The notes under the pieces are model-generated. The model saw only the letters and a list, made by a program, of their open reading frames with translations, did not search any database and was not told the DNA's origin. Positions 38,901-48,563 of a stretch of DNA of 64,000 bases are shown here, piece after piece. The stretch is from an uncultured Bacteroidota bacterium (GTDB taxonomy: Bacteria > Bacteroidota > Rhodothermia > Rhodothermales > DATKEJ01). The position numbers were made by a program, and so were the translations under genes. Each line of letters begins with the position of its first letter. The stretch's first letter is position 1. The stretch lies in assembly GCA_963768715.1 (NCBI GenBank), contig CAVYJC010000008.1:19831-83830 (forward strand), written 5' to 3'.

Positions 38901-41278
38901 GTGGACTTGAGACAAGCATCTCACAACGATGAACTCGTACTCTTCGGGAAGGACCCGACTTCCAAGATCGTTGCTGTGCACGTACACCGCCTCCAGCCAT
39001 GACGTCCAGCCATCCGTCCGTATATATCGACGCGACACCTCAGGTGTCGTTGCCTCTGAAGAATTGCCCTTCTACCCGTTCTTCTTCGTTTCGGATCCTG
39101 CGGAAGTCCCCAATCTAGATTCTGAAGCCTTCAGCAAGCATCTTCTCGATGGGCCCAACCCGCTCCGCTGGCTTGTAATCGCCAAGACGCTCGACGCGTA
39201 TTGGTCAGGAGTTCGGGCCGTCAGGGCCAGGGAAAGTGCGTCGTCCGATTTTCGGTTTCATGTGATTGCGAGTCTCGAGGCTCAGTATCTGGTTCAGTCC
39301 GGCCGGACCCTCTTCAAGGAGATGTCGTTTTCCGAGCTGCACCGGCTTCAGTTCGATATCGAAGTGGCTGCGAGCCACGGGTTTCCGAACGCCCGACGGC
39401 CCGCAGATGAGGTCGTGATCATCTCGATGTGTGACAGCAGGGACTGGTCGTGCGTCCTCGACACGCGAAACGCCACGGAGGAGGACATTCTTCGTCGATT
39501 CGTCGAGATCATCCAGGAGCGCGATCCGGATGTGCTCGAGGGGCATAATGTGTACGGATTCGACATCCCGTATCTGCGCGAGCGGTGTGCGAGATATGGG
39601 ATTCCGTTTGCGATCGGAAGAGGGGGCATGGAGCCTCGATTTTTTAAGTCCAACATGCGTTTCGCCGAACGGCTGGTCGAATATGAAGTCTGCGAGATCC
39701 CCGGCCGCCACGTCGTCGACACGTACTTTCTGGCCCTCTCGTACGATGTGTTCAAGCGCGACTTGCCGAGCTATGGATTGAAGCAGGTGGCGTTGTATTT
39801 CGGGGTGGCGTCGGCAGACCGCGAGTATGTTCCGGGCGCCGAAATCGCGACGTATCTGGCGCGAGGATCCCGAGCGATTGCTCCGATACGCCCTTCACGA
39901 TGCTGAAGAGACGGGAAGAATCGCCGCCCTCTTGTCCGGATCAACGTTTTTCCTCTCCCAGATGCTTCCGATGAATTACGGCCATGCCGCAAGATCCGGG
40001 CCCGGGATGAAGATCGAGCTTCTCCTGGTTCGCGAGTATCTGCGCAATCGGCGAAGTCTCCCGACGGGCCAGCAGGGCACGCAGATGGAAGGCGGTTACA
40101 CCGACGTTTTCCTGACTGGTGTTATTGGACCCATCGTCTACGCCGACGTCGAGAGCCTCTATCCGTCCATCATGCTCCAGTATGAAATCCGTCCTCGCTC
40201 TGATGAGCTGCAGGTATTTACGCAGTTGCTCAGGCGCCTCACCAAATTGCGGCTCGAGACGAAGGAAGCCTTCCGTCAAGCATCTGACGAAAAGGAACGC
40301 GCCGAGTTGAATGCTCGACAGTCGTCCTTCAAGATTCTCATCAATAGTTTCTACGGGCTGCTGGGATTTGGGGCGGCTCTTTTCAACGATCCGGCCAAGG
40401 CGGATGCGGTGGCATCCCGTGGGCAGGAAATTCTGCGGACGATGATAGCGGCGATCGAATCGCGGAGTGGCACTGTGATCGAGGTTGACACCGACGGGGT
40501 GCTGTTTCGACCGCCATCCGACGTCGTCGGGGAAGAGGAGGAGCGAGCGTTTCTCGTGGAGGCAGCGGCCGATCTGCCCGAGGGGATCCGGGTAGGATTC
40601 GACGGCAGGTACCGCAAGATGCTGTCATACAAGAAGAAGAACTATGCGTTGCTGGCCTACGATGGGGATGTCGTCGTGAAGGGCTCATCCCTTGTTTCTC
40701 GATCCCTGGAGCCGTTCGGACGTCGATTCGTGAAGCGCGTCATCCGTCTTCTGCTCGAGGAAGATGTTTCGGGCGTTACATCGGGTTTTCTCGACGTGCG
40801 GGACGGAATCGTGAACCGAACCTGGTCTGTCGACGATTTCGCCCGAACCGAAACGCTCAAGACAAAGCCGGAGGCCTACGTCGACGCAGTGAAGGCCGGC
40901 AGGCGCCCGAGATCGGCTTTGTACGAGCTCGTCGTTCGGGAGCACCTGGAGCGTGAGCGGACGTTCAACCGAGGCGATCGCATCAGTTACTACATCGTCA
41001 GATCGGCAACGAGCGAGGGAATGATCGCCAGGTTGGCCGAGGATTGGGATCCAGCGTCGCCCGATGAAGACACATCGTACTATCTGCGACGGCTCGGCGA
41101 GTTTGCCGAGAAGTTCAGGCCGTTTTTCAGCGCGAGGTCGTTCGAAAGCGTCTTTCCGTCGGAAACCCACGGGCAGGGAAGCCTTTTCGCCGAGGAGTCG
41201 GAGGTACGACTCGTCGTCAAGCGCACCGGTAGTCACCTGCCTTCAGATTCCGACATCAGGCTCTTCGACTCAAAATGA
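38901..41278 (+). pseudogene. polB: family-B DNA polymerase (Pol II-like), at least two frame changes
   Basis: Exo I FDIEV, Exo II NVYGFDIPYL, Exo III YALHDAEET, pol motif A DVESLYPSIM, motif B KILINSFYG, motif C EVDTDGV, KKKNYA. The N-terminal DELVLFGKDPTSKIVAVHV is in a third frame (candidate GTG 38901). Frames switch near 38990 and near 39848. Track fragments are 38929..39906 and 39827..41278. Confidence 0.85.
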
Positions 41279-41312
41279 AAGGGCCCGGAAATGATATCAT
41301 CCCGAGCCCTTT
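41278..41312. terminator. bidirectional intrinsic-terminator-like hairpin between convergent polB and MIP genes
   Basis: aaagggc-c-cgg ... ccg-a-gcccttt: 10 bp with one mismatch and an A/T run on each side. It starts inside the polB stop codon. Confidence 0.55.
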
Positions 41313-41332
41313 CCAACCAGACGCATACAGGA

Positions 41333-41962
41333 TCAGCTTGTCTGACGCTTGTATACGACGGCTGCCAAGGCTCCTCCGGCGAAGGGGCCTATGAGGTAGA
41401 GGAGAATGTTCGCGAAGCTCGACACACCAAGCATGCCTCCGACGAGGATAGGGCCGAGGCCGATTGCGGGATTGAAAACACCTCCTGAAACATCACCGAC
41501 GGCGACGAAGCCGACCATGATTGCGAAACCGGTGGCGAGGCCGTAATAGGAATTTCCGGCCGTGGCGTCGTTGTAGTAGGTCTGCAGCACAGTCAATGCG
41601 AGGGCGAAGGTGAACAACAGCTCCGCCACGAATGCCTGCAGCGTCGTGATCCCGATGCCGGGAGCAGGTACGAAGGCTTCGTCGGCCAGCCAGAGAACGG
41701 CGAGTGCCGCCAGAATGGCGCCGGCGAGCTGAAACACCATATATCTGACCGCTTCACTCGACGAGATCTTGCCGCGGATCAGCACTGCCAGTGTGACGGC
41801 AGGGTTGTAGTGTGCGCCCGAAATGTGTGCTCCCATGTAGACCATCACCATGAGGACGCTGCCAATCGCCAGAGGCGCCAGATCGGAGCCACTGGCGACG
41901 CTCATTCCAAACGTCAACATGAGAAAGAATGTGCCGATGAGCTCAGTGAGATACTTGTTCAT
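41333..41962 (-). CDS. MIP-family channel (aquaporin/glycerol-facilitator-like)
   Basis: Two NPA boxes (SGAHYNPAVT, GGVFNPAIG) and six hydrophobic segments. Confidence 0.9.
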   Translation of the reverse strand: MNKYLTELIGTFFLMLTFGMSVASGSDLAPLAIGSVLMVMVYMGAHISGAHYNPAVTLAVLIRGKISSSEAVRYMVFQLAGAILAALAVLWLADEAFVPAPGIGITTLQAFVAELLFTFALALTVLQTYYNDATAGNSYYGLATGFAIMVGFVAVGDVSGGVFNPAIGLGPILVGGMLGVSSFANILLYLIGPFAGGALAAVVYKRQTS

Positions 41963-42038
41963 AGCCGGTAGAGATTAGATAGTGGCTGAGGTGATCCCGC
42001 AGTATAGCGGGCAGCAGCTACCGGCGCAATAGATCTGG

Positions 42039-42992
42039 CTATGTAGGCTGACCGCTGCCTCCTCGTCCGATCCCTTGCGTTGCGTCCAGGTCGTTGATCA
42101 GCTTCTGCGTGCGAATGCTCCGCCCCTCACGCCTCAAGTGATAGGCTGAATCGTACATGTCCTGCAATGGGAAGATGTAGTCCTCCGGTTTGGAGATAAT
42201 GGGGAATGCAAGGCCCTTGCGAAGCGTCTGATCCAACTCCCAGATCTGCTCTTTGTGACGTTCGAATTCTTGCTTGACCAGAGGCGGCCAGGTCAATAGA
42301 ACGCGGGCGCCCCGGCGGAGCGCAAATTCGTTGAAGTCGTTCAGCAGGTCGATCGACTCCTTGTGAAACGGCACGTTGTCTGGAAGCATCTGGTGCTCCT
42401 TGAAGGATGGCGCCGCGTCGAGATGGGTTACGATATCTCCATATTGATTAAATCCGCTTCGAGCGTAGACGGAGTCCTCGAGACCGACAGTTCCCTTTCG
42501 AAGGTATCCTGCGAACTTCAACTGCATGATCGGCGCAAACTTGGAGATGACTGTCTCCCATGCGCCCCATGATTTCAGGTTGGCCAAGCCTTCGGGGTAA
42601 TACTGGAGCTCCACGAGCAGTCCGTCAGATCCATAATAGAGCTCGTAGAAAAGCTCGTATTCTGGTGCGAGGATCACTATGTCGTCCTCGTCGATGTAGG
42701 GTTTGACCTCTTCCAGCATGTAGCCCAGGCCGACGCTCTTTGCAAGACCCATGTTTACGACGGGGAATCCAAACTTCTCGGAGAGCAGCTTCGAGTCCAT
42801 GCTGAACGCGAGGTTGGAACCGCCGACAAGGATGATCTTGGGAGACGGCGTTCGCTTCAGTATCTCGATCTTATCGAGCTTTGCGGCCTGATAGGCTTTC
42901 GGGTTGTTGGGTATCAATACCCAATTGATCAGGACGCACGTCGAAAGGATGAGTATGAGGAAGACGATGGTCTTTGCGATAGCCTTTCCCAT
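42039..42992 (-). CDS. membrane-anchored hypothetical protein, probable partner of the adjacent MBOAT acyltransferase
   Basis: N-terminal TM helix then a soluble domain (ILVGGSNLAFS..). Lies 7 nt downstream of the MBOAT gene. The DltD/AlgX-type role is inferred from position only. Confidence 0.4.
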   Translation of the reverse strand: MGKAIAKTIVFLILILSTCVLINWVLIPNNPKAYQAAKLDKIEILKRTPSPKIILVGGSNLAFSMDSKLLSEKFGFPVVNMGLAKSVGLGYMLEEVKPYIDEDDIVILAPEYELFYELYYGSDGLLVELQYYPEGLANLKSWGAWETVISKFAPIMQLKFAGYLRKGTVGLEDSVYARSGFNQYGDIVTHLDAAPSFKEHQMLPDNVPFHKESIDLLNDFNEFALRRGARVLLTWPPLVKQEFERHKEQIWELDQTLRKGLAFPIISKPEDYIFPLQDMYDSAYHLRREGRSIRTQKLINDLDATQGIGRGGSGQPT

Positions 42993-42999
42993 GCGTGCC

Positions 43000-44436
43000 C
43001 TAGAATTGGAAATAGATGAATGCCTGCTTCTGATTGATCACTCCGAAGAGAAGGATCGACATGGTAAACGCGTAGTACAGAACCCAGCGAACCAACGCGT
43101 GCTGCTTCCCAAGCAGCTGGTCAAAATGCTCCCTTCGCTCCAAAAGGTGCACGACCTCAAGGATAAGAATCGCACAGAAGGCCAACAACAGCTCGTAGCG
43201 GCCGAACACGGCCATCGTGATCTTCCAGCTGTCGAAGATGAACATCCGACGGACGAGCACGCCAACATCCTGTATCGAATTCGCGCGGAAGAAGATCCAC
43301 GAGAACAGGACCAGATGAAACGTCACCGCTACCGCAATCCATTGTCTGACCCGGGCGCGGATTCCGAGCCGGTGAAAGAGCCGACCGCGCAGGTCCGTCG
43401 TGGCCAGGCCGACGATCAAATACATCCCGTGCAGCGCCCCCCAAATGACGAAGGTCCAGTTCGCACCGTGCCAGAGGCCGCTGATCAGAAAGACGATGAA
43501 CAGATTATAGTACCATCGCCATTTCACGACCCTGTTGCCACCAAGCGGAATGTACAAGTAGTCTCGAAACCAGGTTGACAGCGATATATGCCACCGCCTC
43601 CAGAACTCGGCGATCGACTTCGAGAAGTACGGACGCCTGAAGTTTTCCATGAGATCGTACCCGAGGATCCTCGCCGAGCCGATGGCAATATCCGAGTAAC
43701 CTGAAAAGTCGCAGAAGATTTGAAAGGCGAAGAAATAGGTGGCGAGCACGATCGTCAGGCCGCTGTGATCACCCGGATGACTGTATACGGCGTTGACATA
43801 GGCTGCCAGCCGGTCGGCGATTACGAGCTTCTTGAAGAACCCCCAAAGCATAAGGCGCAGGCCGCCGATCGTTCGCTCGTAGGTGATCTCCCTTTTCTCG
43901 AGAAATTGGGGGAGGAGTTGCGTCGACCGCTCGATCGGCCCTGCAACCAGCTGTGGGAAGAAGGCCACATACAGTGCGAAAATACCGAGGTGCCGTTCGG
44001 CGTGCCGCTGGCCGCGGTAAACGTCAATGGTATAAGAGAGAGTCTGGAACGTATAGAACGAAATTCCTACAGGAAGAAGCACATGCAGGGCCGGGACGTC
44101 ATAGGGGACCTGGAAGGTCGCGAAGGCTATACGGAGCGACTCGTTAAAGAAATTGAAGTACTTGAACGAGAAGAGGATGCCCAGATTAGATACCAGGCTC
44201 AAGATCAGAAACAGGCGTCGCTTTTTCGGCTTGTCGGTGCCGTCCATCGCCAGCGCCGCGATGTAGTCGACCAGTGTGGACGCGATGATCAGAAGCAAGT
44301 ATTCAACACGCCAAGCGGCGTAAAAATAATAACTTGCTGCAAGTAGAAGTATCCATCTGAAGCGTGAAGGCGTGAGCAGATAGAGGCCTACGACAATCGG
44401 GAAGAACGCCAGAAAGTGGAGGGAATTGAAGAACAT
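43000..44436 (-). CDS. MBOAT-family O-acyltransferase (AlgI/DltB-like)
   Basis: 478-aa polytopic protein. Starts MFFNSLHFLAFFPIV, has FWRRWHISLSTWFRDYLYIPLGGNR, and the conserved His lies in SGLWHGANW. Confidence 0.9.
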   Translation of the reverse strand: MFFNSLHFLAFFPIVVGLYLLTPSRFRWILLLAASYYFYAAWRVEYLLLIIASTLVDYIAALAMDGTDKPKKRRLFLILSLVSNLGILFSFKYFNFFNESLRIAFATFQVPYDVPALHVLLPVGISFYTFQTLSYTIDVYRGQRHAERHLGIFALYVAFFPQLVAGPIERSTQLLPQFLEKREITYERTIGGLRLMLWGFFKKLVIADRLAAYVNAVYSHPGDHSGLTIVLATYFFAFQIFCDFSGYSDIAIGSARILGYDLMENFRRPYFSKSIAEFWRRWHISLSTWFRDYLYIPLGGNRVVKWRWYYNLFIVFLISGLWHGANWTFVIWGALHGMYLIVGLATTDLRGRLFHRLGIRARVRQWIAVAVTFHLVLFSWIFFRANSIQDVGVLVRRMFIFDSWKITMAVFGRYELLLAFCAILILEVVHLLERREHFDQLLGKQHALVRWVLYYAFTMSILLFGVINQKQAFIYFQF

Positions 44437-44480
44437 GCCGTCGGGCGTGTGGGCGGGTGGAGGTTGTTAGGTCGGGCGGG

Positions 44481-44993
44481 TCAGATTGAGGCGATCATAT
44501 CCGAGTAACTCGATGTGATCAGATCTTCGTCCTGCACGCCGAATCGTCTCATCCATTCGCGGCAGGAGGCGCGCATGCCGGCTTGATCTGCTGTATTGTT
44601 TTCGGCGATAACTTCGACTTCGACAAAACTGCCAAGGTCCGCAATGTCGTCGACGTGGATCTTCGCGTTGTCGTGAAAATAGATTTCACGCCGTTTCTTC
44701 ACGACGCAGCGTACGCCGAGGGCGACGGTAAGCAGTTCGAGCAGTTGCTCGGGTTCTGGACACGGGGCCAGCCAGACATCCGAGCGTTTGGGTGCTGCGG
44801 CGTCTTCGCGCCTGTAGAAGATCAGGTTTCTCTCCACATTTCCGCTTCGCAGCTTCAACCGGCCCGAGGGTACGTGAAAGTAGGTATCAGTCTGGTGATC
44901 GGTCACCGCAGGTTGGACCTCCATTTCCCGCAGCACCGCGCGAATTCGATCCGGTTCGGGGCATCGGGCCTTGAATTCGATGTTCAGTGGCAT
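44481..44993 (-). CDS. CYTH-domain protein / class IV adenylate cyclase-like
   Basis: Starts MPLNIEFKAR (the EXEXK motif). KLRSG..IFYRRED... and GSFVEVEV strands are typical of CyaB/CYTH. Confidence 0.75.
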   Translation of the reverse strand: MPLNIEFKARCPEPDRIRAVLREMEVQPAVTDHQTDTYFHVPSGRLKLRSGNVERNLIFYRREDAAAPKRSDVWLAPCPEPEQLLELLTVALGVRCVVKKRREIYFHDNAKIHVDDIADLGSFVEVEVIAENNTADQAGMRASCREWMRRFGVQDEDLITSSYSDMIASI

Positions 44994-45113
44994 GAATCGC
45001 AGTATTGGATGAAGAGGCGGAAGTTACGCCCTGCATTCCGAACAATTGCCGTACCTTCGGTTCTGATCACGGAGCGATTCCGTCGATCTATAGTCAAATC
45101 GGCAGTTAGTGCA

Positions 45114-45347
45114 ATGGCAGAAAGACGGGGCATGTTCATAAAGAACGTTTCCGATCATTCGGTTGATATCCGGATGAAGACGCGTACGTTGAAATTGTCA
45201 CCCGGTGACATCCAGATTATTACTGCCGAAGAAGTGCGGGACGCCGTTCTGCGCGAGCACTTGCAGGTACGTTCGGTGGCGATCGTTCGACCGGCAACCG
45301 CCGAAGAAGAGGAGGCATTTGTGAACGATACAGCTTCAGAGTCTTGA
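45114..45347 (+). CDS. small hypothetical protein (77 aa; 71 aa if ATG 45132)
   Basis: Only the part of ORF 44583..45347 that is not antisense to the CYTH gene. No recognisable motif. The coding call is tentative. Confidence 0.3.
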   Translation: MAERRGMFIKNVSDHSVDIRMKTRTLKLSPGDIQIITAEEVRDAVLREHLQVRSVAIVRPATAEEEEAFVNDTASES

Positions 45348-45402
45348 TCCGTCTCGATTCCACAGCCGCCTGCCAACGTTCAACCAATTCCGCCGCGCAC
45401 TG

Positions 45403-46557
45403 ATGAAGGTTCTCTCGCTCGAGCCGTACTACGGCGGCTCTCATCGGGCATTTCTCGAAGGACTGGACGCGCACAGCGCGCACGAAATTCAGTCCATCAC
45501 CATGACGGCACGCTTCTGGAAATGGCGAATGCAGGGTGGCGCCGTCACGCTGGCGCGAAAGGCCGAGCAGGCATGGAAGGACGGGTTTCGACCGGACCTG
45601 ATCTTTGCTTCCGACATGGTCAACCTGCCTGCGTTTCTCTCCCTGACGCGTGACATCTTTGCCAATACGCCGGTGATCCTCTTCTTCCATGAGAATCAGC
45701 TGACGTACCCGATGCGGGAAGGTGAGTCGCGAGACTTCACCTACGCCTATATCAACTATCTGAGCTGTCTCGTAGCCGATCACGTGGTGTTCAACTCCGA
45801 ATTTCACCACACCCAGTTTCTTGAGTCACTTCCTGAGTTGCTCCGGCTCTTCCCGGACTACACACACTTTCAGACGGTCCGTGGCATTGCTCGGAAGAGC
45901 AGCGTGCTGCATCTGGGGATCAAGCTTCGGGAGCACGATCGATTCTCAAAGGAGTATCCTCAGCCCAAGTGGGGGCCTGGAATGAAGCCGCCCGTGATTC
46001 TGTGGAATCAAAGATGGGAGTACGACAAGAATCCGACGGCGTTCTTTCGCCTGATGAATCGGCTGGACGACGTCGGCTGTCGCTTCCGGTTGATCCTGGC
46101 GGGTGAGCATTTTGAGGAACAGCCTGAGGAATTCAACCTGGCCTTTCAGCGATATGCCGACCGGATTCTCCACTATGGCTATGCGGAGGATTTTGAGGAA
46201 TACAGCCGTCTTCTGCATCGATCGAACATTATCGTTTCGACGTCGATCCACGAGTTTTTCGGCATCGCTATCATGGAAGCCATCTACTGCGGGTGTCATC
46301 CGCTGCTTCCGGACCGCCTCACCTACCCAGAGTTGATTCCCGAGCATCTCCATCGTCCGCTGCTTCATGCACCGGTGCTCTATGACTCGGAGGATGAGCT
46401 GTTCGAAATTCTGTCGTCGATTCTCAAGGGAGACCAGCGTCCGCTGCCATCCGAAACGCTCAGGGGGATCCCCGAACATCTCGACTGGAACAGGCACGCA
46501 GCCGAATTCGATGCGCTCTTCGAGTCGGTTGTCGCCGGACGCACCGTCACTTCATAG
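45403..46557 (+). CDS. DUF3524 plus GT1 glycosyltransferase, homolog of eukaryotic GTDC1/QTMAN (tRNA-queuosine mannosyltransferase family)
   Basis: Blocks EPYYGGSHRAFLEGL, FFHENQLTYP, RDFTYAYINYLSCLVADHVVFNSEFH, WNQRWEYDKNPTAFF and HEFFGIAIMEAIYCGCHPLLPDRLTYPELIP match my recollection of the human GTDC1 sequence almost block for block. Confidence 0.7.
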   Translation: MKVLSLEPYYGGSHRAFLEGLDAHSAHEIQSITMTARFWKWRMQGGAVTLARKAEQAWKDGFRPDLIFASDMVNLPAFLSLTRDIFANTPVILFFHENQLTYPMREGESRDFTYAYINYLSCLVADHVVFNSEFHHTQFLESLPELLRLFPDYTHFQTVRGIARKSSVLHLGIKLREHDRFSKEYPQPKWGPGMKPPVILWNQRWEYDKNPTAFFRLMNRLDDVGCRFRLILAGEHFEEQPEEFNLAFQRYADRILHYGYAEDFEEYSRLLHRSNIIVSTSIHEFFGIAIMEAIYCGCHPLLPDRLTYPELIPEHLHRPLLHAPVLYDSEDELFEILSSILKGDQRPLPSETLRGIPEHLDWNRHAAEFDALFESVVAGRTVTS

Positions 46558-46563
46558 AGGCGA

Positions 46564-47361
46564 CTAGAGACGTCCGAACATCTGGCGAAACCGAAGTTCC
46601 CAGACAATCAAGGCGGCCTCTTTGACGATAGAGCGATTCATTTTCGAAGTTCCCTCGACTCTTTCGGTGAAGACAATGGGAACCTCGACGATTGAAAATC
46701 CCTTCTTCCACGTTCGATAATGGAGCTCCACCTGAAACGAGTAGCCGTTCGACCTGATGCGTTCGAGGTCAACTCCCTCGAGAACACGACGATGGATGCA
46801 TTTGAAGCCGGCGGTGACGTCCCGGATCGGCATCCCGGTAATGAGTCGTGTGTACACGGAAGCGCCATACGACAAAATGAGTCTCGACAGTGGCCAGTTC
46901 ACGACACGAACACCGTCGCGGTATCGGGAGCCTATGGCCATGTCCGCTCCCTGTCGGACAGCATCCACGAGTCGGGGTAAGTCTGCGGGATCATGAGAAA
47001 AATCGGCGTCCATCTGGCAGATCAACTGGAATCCGAGCTCGATCGCTCTGCTGAATCCGGCGAGATAGGCGGTTCCGAGGCCGCCCTTCCCGTTTCTTTC
47101 GATCAGGTGAACGCGTCTTGGAAACCGCTCGTGCATCTGGCTCACGAGTCTCCCGGTGCCGTCCGGGGAGCCATCGTCAACCACGATCACCGTGTAGCTG
47201 CCCGCAATTGACAGGACGCTCTCGAGGATTGCGGTGATGTTTCGTGCCTCGTTGTAGGTAGGGATGACGACCACCACGTCGTTCGACTGGCCCGGCACGA
47301 ATCTGCGGCGGTCCTCTTCCTCAACAGGAGCGTCAATTGTATGATCGACGAGGCCGGTCAT
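46564..47361 (-). CDS. polyprenol-phosphate mannosyltransferase-like GT2 (Dpm1/PpmA-like)
   Basis: VVIPTYNEARNI, VVDDGSPDGTG, QMDADFSHDP and the C-terminal GYSFQVE block. Confidence 0.8.
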   Translation of the reverse strand: MTGLVDHTIDAPVEEEDRRRFVPGQSNDVVVVIPTYNEARNITAILESVLSIAGSYTVIVVDDGSPDGTGRLVSQMHERFPRRVHLIERNGKGGLGTAYLAGFSRAIELGFQLICQMDADFSHDPADLPRLVDAVRQGADMAIGSRYRDGVRVVNWPLSRLILSYGASVYTRLITGMPIRDVTAGFKCIHRRVLEGVDLERIRSNGYSFQVELHYRTWKKGFSIVEVPIVFTERVEGTSKMNRSIVKEAALIVWELRFRQMFGRL

Positions 47362-47494
47362 GCGGGCGAAGAGCCGTTGAAAGGATGGTTACCTGGTGGA
47401 TCTTGGCGCCGAAGTTAGCGATCGGTGGACGATTTTGGCAGTGCGTTGCGGACACGATCATCGGCACGGCCTCTCCTAACCCATTTCACTCTGG

Positions 47495-47776
47495 TCAAGA
47501 ATCGCGAACTCCAAGCGAATCACGAAGGAATTCACAGGTCATATCGGCCAGCTCGGGCGGTGGCTCGGGAGCGGGCATATCCTTCAACATGCGGAGCGTC
47601 TCCCTGTACTGCTGGAGATAGCGTTCGCAGTTCGGACACATCGCGATGTGCTCTTCGAACTTGTGAACGGTCTTTTCGCTGAGCCGGCCTTCGAGATAAT
47701 CGGCCAGGAATGCCGCTACCGTCCGACACGTCGGCAGTCCACGGACCATATGGGTAAGCTTCTTCAACATTGTCAA
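47495..47776 (-). CDS. anti-sigma factor, zf-HC2 type
   Basis: H-x3-C-x2-C motif (EEHIAMCPNCERY). Start overlaps the stop of the ECF sigma gene. Confidence 0.75.
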   Translation of the reverse strand: MTMLKKLTHMVRGLPTCRTVAAFLADYLEGRLSEKTVHKFEEHIAMCPNCERYLQQYRETLRMLKDMPAPEPPPELADMTCEFLRDSLGVRDS

Positions 47777-48351
47777 TCAGTCATACTTCGATCCAGCACC
47801 GCGCGCAGCGCTTGCCGAGCCCGGTGGAGGCGTACTCGGACGGCGCCCTCGCTGACTTTGAGTATCTCTGCAACCTCCTGTGTGCTCAACTCTTCGAGGT
47901 CACGAAGGACAACGACGGTGCGGTAGTCGTCGGGAAGACGATCCAGCGCATCTTGGATGAGCCGCACACGCTCTTCCTGCTCCGTGTATTCCTCAGGTTG
48001 CCATTCTCTATGCGTTTCGCGACCCTGCCCGAACAGGTCGAATGTCGGGAGCAGGCCTTCCAGGTCCTCCTCCTCCATAGCCTGATAACGGCGCGCCTTT
48101 CTCAGGTGAGCCCTCGCCAGATTGATGGCGATGGAACACAGCCACGTGGAGACTTTGGCCTCCCCACGGAAGGAATCGATGTTCTGTATTGCCTGCAGAA
48201 ACGTCTCCTGCGTCAGATTCCGCACCTCATCCTCGTCGCGAATCATGCGGCCTACGCAACGATAGACGCGTCCGCTCTCTTCGCGAACGAGACGATCCAA
48301 CGCGGCCGGATCTCGCGCTTTCAGTGCCTTTATGTCGTGTGATTCAGCCAA
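47773..48351 (-). CDS. ECF-subfamily RNA polymerase sigma-70 factor
   Basis: Region 2 (VRNLTQETFLQA..FRGEAKVSTWLCSIAIN) and region 4 (DLEELSTQEVAEILKVSEGAVRVRLHRAR). Confidence 0.9.
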   Translation of the reverse strand: MAESHDIKALKARDPAALDRLVREESGRVYRCVGRMIRDEDEVRNLTQETFLQAIQNIDSFRGEAKVSTWLCSIAINLARAHLRKARRYQAMEEEDLEGLLPTFDLFGQGRETHREWQPEEYTEQEERVRLIQDALDRLPDDYRTVVVLRDLEELSTQEVAEILKVSEGAVRVRLHRARQALRAVLDRSMTD

Positions 48352-48563
48352 CGGAAACTTGTTACAGGCTGTGCCTCTATTGATTCCTCGCGAAGAAACT
48401 ATGAGGCGGCGTGATCCAAGACAACAATGGTTTAATGTAGGGCGCCGGATTCGTCCAATTGTTCGAACGATTCCGTTGAATGACGTATCTTAACCAGTCT
48501 ATCCCGGATGCGGAATTGACCCTGCGATCCGGCGAACACCACGGCAAACGAGATACCTCATCT

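Noticed and set aside
38901-41278. polB as part of a pipolin, casposon or other self-replicating element
   Set aside because: There is no integrase/recombinase, Cas1, terminal inverted repeats or tRNA attachment site nearby. The motifs are of the primer-dependent Pol II type (KKxY present). The flanks are ordinary chromosomal genes of normal GC.
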